Source: Eledone cirrhosa
Taxonomy: Eukaryota
Reading direction: 5' to 3'
Assembly (NCBI GenBank): GCA_964016885.1
Contig: OZ024742.1
Location: 352,904,001-352,968,000, forward strand
Length of the DNA: 64,000 nucleotides
Below are positions 52,651 to 64,000 of this stretch, piece after piece. The number at the start of each line of letters is the position of its first letter. Position 1 is the stretch's first letter. Made by a program: the position numbers and the translations under genes. The notes beneath the pieces are model-generated. The model searched no databases. It worked only from the letters and a program-made list of their open reading frames with translations, and was not told where the DNA came from.

Positions 52651-54323
52651 GAAGCATTGGCCGTATTTATTACTAGAGAAATAACCTGATATCGAGGTTT
52701 GGAACCGTCTAAGAAATGGGAAAATATAAGTGTTAACAATCCAAACCCCACTAAAAGTCTATATCTGTACACAAACACAGACATACAATTAAACACATTC
52801 CACCAAATGGAAAAACTGTATGAGTCATACAGTTGTTACATTTTCTCAAGTGAAACACGCTCGATATGACACCAGTTTGTGTAAAACGTGTAGAACATAT
52901 ATTTTGCTGTGCGATAGAGTATACATTTCCACTTTTCTTATGTATGTATCCTGATTAATTACACATCATTGGTTGCTAGTATTTATCATCTTGCCACACC
53001 TGCTATTATTCTATTGCTCCCAGTTAGTTGTGTTAAGTAAACTATATAGTGATATTTTTTCTTTGTTGTTAGATCATATAGAGATGTTTGATATATAGTT
53101 AATAAAATTATATTAGCTATAACTGTTCTAAATAGTGTTACTCCTAAGTTGCTAACATGCATGTTCCTTTATTTATTATGCTCGTAACATAAATTTCTTA
53201 ATACTTTATATTTAGAAGATATTCATAGAACTGAAATAATAAAAATACAACTGTATTCAAGTTGGTTAAAATATCATGCCTGCAATAGGAAAAGCAAATC
53301 AGTAAGCTCGCACGTCAATACTGAGAAATTTTCCTCTGTTTTGTTTTTAGTTCTCCATTGCTAAAGGAGCTATGTAATACACGGCTGTCGACGCCATATC
53401 CGGGAATATTGTCTAAGAAGGAAACACACTTCACACATAAATACTTACTAAATTAAATCATTTACACACTCACACACACACACACACACACGCGCGCGAA
53501 CACACTCACACTAACATAAACGCACGCATACACACATACACACACACATACACACCCATACACACACAGATACACACACACAAACACACACACACGCACG
53601 CACGCACACACACACACACACACACACATATACATATACATGTGTGCACACACAAAAAACAGAGAGGATACAGGTCTTAAGCAGACAAATAATACAAGAC
53701 AATTCACAAACATGCATGTTTACACACACGCACGTGCACTTCTACCAACTATGCACTATCCGCTGTCACGGAGAGGAGCAATAATGCACACCGTTGAAAT
53801 GCACGCCGTGTTCACACACATATCACCAGCCATGACACACCTGGACTGAGACACACACGTACTCTCCAACTCGGCTTCCAATCCTGGCCTACCAAGTCAA
53901 GCCTCCTTAAATCTATTTTTTTCAAAATTACATTCCTCACACTTTTCTCTCTCTCTGACCTCTTCAACTTCTGAAGAAAGTCATGTCTGAAAGGTGAAAC
54001 ACCCTTCATATTCCCCCTAGGCGTGATATTAATATGACTTTGTGTCCTTGACTCATTGTTCATGTATATATATATATACATATACATATATATATATATG
54101 TATATATATAGGAAAATGTTTGACCCTGGCGGCAGAGCTCAAGCCGTTTCGCCGACTATTTCTCCGTCCAGAAATAGCCGTCGAAAAGGCTAGAGCTCTG
54201 TCGTCGGAGTCAAACATTTTCCCATTACGAAATTCTACTACCCAAAGTATTGAGTACTATAGTGCATTATGGTCCACCTGATTCCTTATCACACTTCCAT
54301 CGTTATATATATATATATATATT

Positions 54324-54990
54324 CTAGTGCGGGTAAAATTCCCGAGATCCATGGATGAGTTCTCTCCAGCGGTCTCTGTCACTCATTATCACTGCCTTGT
54401 CCTGCGTCTCCAACAGACAAGTGTCTGTCCTTAGGGGATCAACATACGTTAACCTTGGTATTCCTCTTCCAGTGTGTCCATGTAGGGTCTCCCACAGGAG
54501 CACTGAGTGCAATGTCAACTCTGGATGCCGGTGAGCATTTCGAGCTAACCTCAGTCTCCTCTGTGTAACTTTTGAACTGACTTTGGGAAGCTCCCATACA
54601 GCTCCTAGTTTTCATTTTTCATCCTCAGTGTATACTGATTAATGTTCAGAGCCATCCTGAGCATTCTCGTGTAATACCCATCCACCATTTGAGTGAATTT
54701 CTTGGTCAGTGTCCAAGTCTCAGACTCGTACAGCAGCACAGACTCCACTACAGCACAGACTCCACTACAGCAATGAAGAGGCGGATTTTCAGGTCGTTAC
54801 GAAGGTCTGACTTCCACAGCGATCTCAAGCTTTGGCACGCCGCCCAGGTTTTGCTCTTCCTCACAACCACATCATCTTCCGTATTCCCAATTTTTGCTCA
54901 CAAATACAGGAAGTCCTCAACCAATTATATTGGCTTCCCACCTACATTAGTGATCCCTTCTGGCTTCTCAACATTCTCTACCAGATATTT
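54324..54990 (-). mobile_element. RTE-like LINE 3' fragment
   Basis: Minus-strand remnants YESETWTLT, DGYYTRMLRMALN, LLWE..HG..GRG.PRLTYVD, DRDRWR. Same family as 25066-25238. Confidence 0.8.
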
Positions 54991-54992
54991 TG

Positions 54993-55067
<75 letters not shown>

Positions 55068-55827
55068 ATTTGTGAATATATATTTTTATGATTCTGACTA
55101 TTCGTTTTCTGTATCTAGACGTTTATACATACATTTGTCGTGACAATAATTTGCTGAGCAGACATCTGAAAGTAAATTATACAATTATAGTTTGTGGCTA
55201 TAAACAATATTTTAGATTTTTTGGTAAATTATAGATTATTTCAGATTATCTCCTAAATAGTTACATGAGTATGATCGAACAATTAGAAGCAACCCAAAGC
55301 ACATGTTTATTAAACCGAGGTTTGGGAATGTATGATCAATCTTTCATTCATTTTGATATAATTCATTAAAATATGCATATTACTTTATAGGCAGTAAATA
55401 AGAAAGTATTTCCTAAATACATTTCTTCCAGTGCTTCAAACTGAACACAAGCTTCACATAACTAGGTTACATTAAAAGAGCAATAAGTATTACAATACAC
55501 ATTCAAGTTTTACAGGAATATTTACAATATAATTCCGAAAGACAAGAGCATTAGGCTAAGAGGATTAAAAATATGGTTTTAAAGTATATGCAACGCTTTG
55601 CTTACTGAGAATTAAATCATTAAGTATTTTCGAACATATATTAAATCCAACATATTATACATGTAACTTCAGAAATATATAAACGCAAACAAATGGAAAG
55701 GAATATAAACTGTTGTTATATATAAAGCAGAGAGTGTTTTAGCATCTTTTTAAACTCTAAAAAATCTGAAATATAATTTTCGAAGGGAATGAACCTCTTC
55801 CAATAGTTATTATTTATAAATTACTCA

Positions 55828-56014
55828 GGGCGGTGGATTGGCAGTATCGGTAGAGGGTCGGACGCCATGCTTTGCAACACAGTTACGTCCCTCTACGGTC
55901 TGAGTTCAAATCCCGCCGAGGTTCAATTTGCTCTTCATCCTTACGGGGTCGATAAAATAAAGTACCGGTAATACACTGGATTATTTGCTGGTCTTGTGCC
56001 AAAAAGTAGAAACA
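55828..56014 (+). mobile_element. Full-length tRNA-derived SINE with 18-bp TSD
   Basis: A box TGGCAGTATCGG, B box GAGTTCAAATCCC; TSD ATTATTTATAAATTACTC at 55809-55826 and 56015-56032. Confidence 0.93.
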
Positions 56015-56513
56015 ATTATTTATAAATTACTCCACGATTATGAGAATATTTGTTTTTAGTAAGAAACGTTTGTTAATATAATTAAATATGTAATTCCCCG
56101 GTACATATATTATGTTCTTTTTTTCTTTTCCATACTCTCTTGATTAGTATTTTCTATCTTCTCTAATATTTTCCCCAAACATGTTGTTAATATTATGCCA
56201 AATACAATGTATGTATGACATTGATATGTACTTGTATACTCTCAAAACAACTAGATTAAACCGTTAATCAGGATTAATTTACAAAATTTAATCATAGAAA
56301 ATTGTGCTAAATAATCGCTACTGGGACCTGGCTGTTAATATTTCTAACGTATTCATGTGTCGAATTAAAGGGTCCTACCAAATGATGGGATGTGTACAGA
56401 GAACCAGAATGTAAATTATGTTAAATTAAACAAAATAAATTCGATATAATAAAACACTACGACTGTGGATCCTCCTCCTCCTCCTCCTCCTCCTCCTCCT
56501 CCTCCTCCTCCTC

Positions 56514-56573
<60 letters not shown>

Positions 56574-56714
56574 GTGATGTTGCTGCTACTACTGCAACTG
56601 CAGCTACTGTTACTAATATTTCTACTACTTCTACTATTACAGCTACTACTGCCAGCAGTATGAACATCGTTATGAAACACTAAAATCTCATATATACTAA
56701 TAAAACATTCTCTA

Positions 56715-56761
<47 letters not shown>

Positions 56762-56768
<7 letters not shown>

Positions 56769-57060
56769 AAAAAGAGATGAAATCGAAAATGCAACTGGAG
56801 TCTTATTTAAAAAAATATATATATATTTATTTGGTTCCTTTACTGGTTTCGCAGTTCTTCTGCTTTACAAAAGGTGAGTTGAAATGGAGGGTCTGTGGTT
56901 TTTCTGACAGATGTGAGAAAAACCACAGACCCTCCATTTCAACTCACCTTTTGAAAAGCAGAAGAACTGCGAAACCAGTAAAGGAACCAAATAAATATAT
57001 ATATTTAAAAAAAAAATAAGACTCCAGTTGCATTTTCGATTTCATCTCTTTTTCTTTATA
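56762..57060. repeat. Near-perfect palindrome (~144-bp arms, 10-nt loop) carrying mirrored HHR variants
   Basis: 56762-56905 versus 56916-57060. Confidence 0.95.
56947..56984 (+). ncRNA. Minimal hammerhead variant with U3-A8 core
   Basis: cctt-TTGAAAA-gcag aagaa ctgc-GAAA-ccag-TA-aagg. The mirror copy 56837-56874 (-) has TTGTAAA. Confidence 0.68.
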
Positions 57061-57115
57061 CTTTCACTCGTGTAGGACACCTCGGTTATTTTTCATTTTG
57101 TAAAAAAAACCTCAC

Positions 57116-57152
<37 letters not shown>

Positions 57153-57911
57153 AATATAATTTCAGCGAGATCGTATTTCGGTTGTGGTCAAAAACAAATA
57201 AACGCACTTTTCGAGATATGCGGCAAGCGCTCTATGGACTAAAATAAGTCCAGAGCAATTAACACACGTTATAGAGGCCTACCAAACTGAAAACGGCGGT
57301 CATGAAGCTATCAGCCACCGGAGCCAAAATAGACGAAGCAAGCTAAAGAGGTTAAACGCTAGAATTCACCTAGAGCTCCTGGAAATTGATGGTATAATCC
57401 ATTGGGAGGATTCTATGACACCTAAATCAATTATACTGCCTGCTTTCATTGTAAGCTTTTGGTATAAGGATCGAACAGGGCTGCCATTTCGTCAACAGTT
57501 ATTTTGTTCTCAACCGGCGAGCGGGTTCCAATGCAATAGTATTGTTGGAGTGATTACCCCACGTGCTGGAGTGATTACCCCCACGTATTCAGGGAGTGTG
57601 ATGTGAACTTACTCTATGTGAGGACTCGATGTTTTTAGTTTCACGTCTGTGGCAAGGTGTAGAGATAGACACAGTGTAAATATAATAATGCAAGGACGAT
57701 TTGTTAAGCCTTCATTACTTTCATTGATTGATGACGCGCTTTCCGCTATTGAGTAGCTCAAGGTTAATGTGTATCGATGTGGCCCGACTCTGGAATCAAA
57801 AGCTCGTCGTGCCTCTTTTGTTGTAATGAAGGCTTAATATATCGTCCGTGTAATACACACACACAGACACACACACATACACACACACAGACACAGACAC
57901 AGGCACACACA

Positions 57912-58007
<96 letters not shown>

Positions 58008-60273
58008 CACACACACACACACACATATGTATATATATATATATTTATTTTTTCTTCAGTCAGCTAGGCAATGATTGAATTTGAAAAGTAAAATATCTGT
58101 TTCAATAATAATTGTTTCATCCAAACGATATATATAAGAATATTTAATGTGCATAGACATTTGCCTCTCATATCTACTCTCATACATTTCTTCTTCCTGC
58201 TAATGTCACCTTTTACTTCTCCCTCTAAGAGGAGTTACTCTTTTGCGGTTGCATTTCGAGATGTATGAAATAACAGGAAACATATTGCTTGCAGTTATTT
58301 CTTTTAATCTCTGACAAAAAAAGTGATTGCATATATATATTTTACAGCTGCATTTTATATCATGCTGTAAAACGAAATACTCATACAATATCACCGTAAT
58401 CGATATAGAGTCTTAGTAAAAATACAACAAAACTTTGACTCTATAATACATCCAACCGTTGACGTAATGTTATCCCGAATTAAATTGACACCCGAAACAA
58501 GTGGTTTTTGGCAATTTCGCAGAATCTACTATTTGCAAACATAGATTAATTAGAATAAAAAAATATTGAAGTGAGCTCATCTCTGAAGCTATATATTCCT
58601 TATTACAAAATATATTCTCTCTAATTTGAAATATTTCAAGGACAATGTCCTATCATCCCGCAAGCATCCGTGTGAACAAGGGCCTTCTTTCAGGGGGGTA
58701 CCAGGGGACTAGTCCACCCCTCTACTTTTTCAAACGTCTATGTTTTATTTTTCGTTTATTTGATATAAAAAATAGTTTTTAAGCTTATTTTTTAATATAT
58801 CAGAACTTCATTTGAATATAGAAAATTTATTTAGCGAAAATTTGCTTAGGTTATAGGGTCAGCAAAAGGCACCATAAGCAATACTAACATGTTCATTTAA
58901 GTATCAACACATTTTGGTTTGTCCCCCTTATATTTTCAAGGCAAACGAGGCACCTAACTGTGGATATGATGGTTTTATTCATTGTTGTCATACAGAAAGT
59001 ATATGTTGATTTTAATAAAATTAGCCTTAAACGTAAATGATGCAGGATACAGTTTTTCATCAAACATTGCCTGAAGCACTTAAATTACCTCTCAGAAAAA
59101 AAGGGAGTTATACTAATCACTTCAAGTTTCTTCCATAGGACGATTCGTTTATATAATGCGGGAGATATTTACTAAATTTATAATCAAATCATGTCAAGCG
59201 TAAATGAAAATTGAACGCGATTCAATTTCAAAGGATTCATTCTGATATACTTTGTATAATAACAATAAATTGTATCTGACAGTTGTATCTAAACACATAT
59301 ATCTCTACGACACTTATGGAAGCAATTTGATTCCCATGCAATTTTATTTTGATGTACCACAAATTTAGATATGCAGAATTGCAAAGTAAGACTAATTCCT
59401 AATTCGAGAATATATGTTATATGTTCGCACGTTAATATGATGTATACATTAAGTTTATTTTAAAATAACAGGAAACATTTTCAGCCGTCATTTTTCTTAA
59501 AAGATGTCTAAATACATGAGTAATTATAAGCAAGTTATACATTCTATCTACTGAAGTGTTTTTTTGTTTTCTTCTCCTTTCTTCTCATTTCCAGATTGTT
59601 TATTAAAATAATAGGTTAGAATTTAATAATTAATAATAATTAATAATTAATATTAATATATGTTACAAACAAATGTTATATAATGATGGAAATATTGAAA
59701 ATAATAAAAGCAACATTAATTAATGGAAAAGAGGGGGTAAGAGGAAATGAAGGGCAGATCTGGTTGTATACATCTATAGATTTACACTTTCTTCCACATT
59801 CTGTGGTATTTCAAATGTACAAGTTTAGAAATTTAGTCCACATCACAATTTTAAGAATGTCACCAAACGAAGATGTTTCTAAAAATATTAGTTTTCAATG
59901 AAGAGTTTTCGCCTGCAGTTGGTAACAAATAAAACATTTGTGAAATATTTTAGTCTCTGGTCTAAAGGTTACTTCAATTCTTTTCTACTACAAACATTCT
60001 TCTGCCAAACATTGCGAATAAAAACAAATATAAAAATTAAAGAGAAAATATATAATTATGACATCTATATCTATACATAAATATATAATAGTCTTTCTTT
60101 TCTTTTACAAAACTCATATGTTTGATCACTGAAGAACGATGGAATGAAAACAATTGTATTTGAAAATAAGACGTTCTCTAGGGAAGAATATTAGTGTGTA
60201 CATACACACAGATGCATACAAACATAGACCGAGTCACACACACGCACACACAAAACACACACACATATACATA

Positions 60274-60370
<97 letters not shown>

Positions 60371-60510
60371 TTAATGGTAGCTCTGATGCTTCCATAGGCG
60401 GTACTCGAGCACTCTATGTTCTTACAGAGCAGAGCATGATAAAATATAAAACAAAAAAATCAGTGATACATCTGGACTATTGTGAGAAAATGTGTACCGA
60501 AAGTATTGCA

Positions 60511-60600
60511 TGTGTCCGAAGAACCTGCAGGTCTAGAATCAGACAGATCCATACAATGATCGTGTCTTGAGCTGTCTGCCGGCGAAACAATTGTAACAAA
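60511..60600 (+). ncRNA. Hammerhead variant (CCGAAGA core, long stem II)
   Basis: tgt-CCGAAGA-acc...ggc-GAAA-caattg-TA-aca. Confidence 0.55.
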
Positions 60601-60639
60601 CAATAAACTGAGTCCAGATGCATCACTGATTTTTCGTTT

Positions 60640-60698
<59 letters not shown>

Positions 60699-60989
60699 AA
60701 CACGTATGACCCCGACCGCAGAGCTCAAGCCGTTTCGATGGCTAATTCTGGACTAAATAACAATTATTTACCCGGTTAAAAATTATTATTTAGTCCAGAA
60801 TGAGCCGTCGAAACGGGGTCATACTTATCCTATTACCCACTCTACTAGCCTAAGTATTGTGTACTTTGATGCGTTATGGTCCATCTGGTTCCTTACCACA
60901 TTTCCTTCTTTATATATATATATATATATATACGTGGGAAAGTAAAAAATCGGAGAATAGACCGTTAAAACATGTTTATTTAAAATATC

Positions 60990-61027
60990 ACCTACGTACG
61001 TTTCGCCCAGTTGGGCTTCTCAAGGGC
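60990..61027 (-). ncRNA. Minimal hammerhead variant with U3-A8 core
   Basis: cc-TTGAGAA-gccc aact gggc-GAAA-cgtacg-TA-gg. Stem I is short. Confidence 0.55.
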
Positions 61028-61258
61028 ATAAATAATAACAAGTGTTCCTTATATGGTTCGGAAAGAGTTTTGGGGGTTAAATCTACATCAAGATTCACTG
61101 CTCGCAAAAATATCTTGTTTTGATTTTGCAGCAGGTCAAGGGAGGTAACTCTGGCCGGTGTTAGGGCAGTCTATCCCGGATAATTTTTTTTTTTTTTTTC
61201 TGATGATGATTTCTCACGAATGAAACACTTCTATTCCTGTAGAAGCTCTTCTATATAA

Positions 61259-61324
<66 letters not shown>

Positions 61325-61335
61325 TAATATAGAAG

Positions 61336-61386
61336 AGCTTCTACAGGAATAGAAGTGTTTCATTCGTGAGAAATCATCAGGAAGCT
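61336..61386 (-). ncRNA. Type I hammerhead ribozyme (related plus-strand copies at 61200-61248 and 61385-61430)
   Basis: agcttc-CTGATGA-t ttc tcac gaa t-GAAA-ca cttctattcc tg-TA-gaagct. Confidence 0.78.
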
Positions 61387-61496
61387 GATGATTTCTCACG
61401 AATGGAACAGCTCTAGTCTTGTAGAAGCTCATATATATATATATATATATATAAATATTATATATATATATATATATAAATATATATATATATATT

Positions 61497-61527
<31 letters not shown>

Positions 61528-61541
61528 ATATATATATATAA

Positions 61542-63653
<2,112 letters not shown>

Positions 63654-63698
63654 GATTAATTATTCTACTGTAATTTCTTCTAGAATTTGTTTCTTCAC

Positions 63699-63754
<56 letters not shown>

Positions 63755-63912
63755 TGTGTATATTGGAAAATGATTTTTTTTTTTTCAAAATGTCTTATTA
63801 CTAATTCATACTTATTCCTAATTAAACTCTTTTTCACTGGGAATATGTTGTCAGCATTTTCTTTTCCTTTTTACTAATATATCACTCGTGTGTCAGTCAC
63901 ACCTCTATTTTT

Positions 63913-63952
<40 letters not shown>

Positions 63953-64000
63953 GTATTAAGGATACTATTTATGGTTATGTATATACGAAAACCTTTTATA

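Noticed and set aside
55828-55920. tRNA gene
   Set aside because: A and B boxes belong to SINE heads; no cloverleaf, and the sequence continues into the SINE body with a TSD.

Overview
AT-rich, microsatellite-laden, repeat-dominated eukaryotic DNA with no intact host gene. The SINE, RTE, Helitron and Penelope repertoire suggests a cephalopod, probably Octopus (inference only). Most ORFs in the track are microsatellite artefacts. Recognisable content: (i) decayed Penelope-like retroelements (PLEs) of two types, a Naiad-like type with a CxCx5C linker plus GIY-YIG domain and a second type; (ii) RTE-type LINE fragments; (iii) tRNA-derived SINEs; (iv) non-autonomous Helitrons; (v) minisatellites. 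The main discovery, read by eye from the sequence, is a dense set of roughly 20 intact or degenerate type I hammerhead ribozyme (HHR) motifs. Two sequence-unrelated tandem arrays (310-bp unit at 8.5-9.6 kb; ~456-bp unit at 42.8-44.7 kb) carry one HHR per unit with the same covarying architecture, and look like non-LTR retrozymes (non-coding circRNA-producing retroelements). Other HHRs sit in fold-back PLE termini inserted in (TA)n tracts, several with non-canonical cores (compensated U3-A8, or C at position 4). All folds were assigned manually; no activity or database evidence is available.
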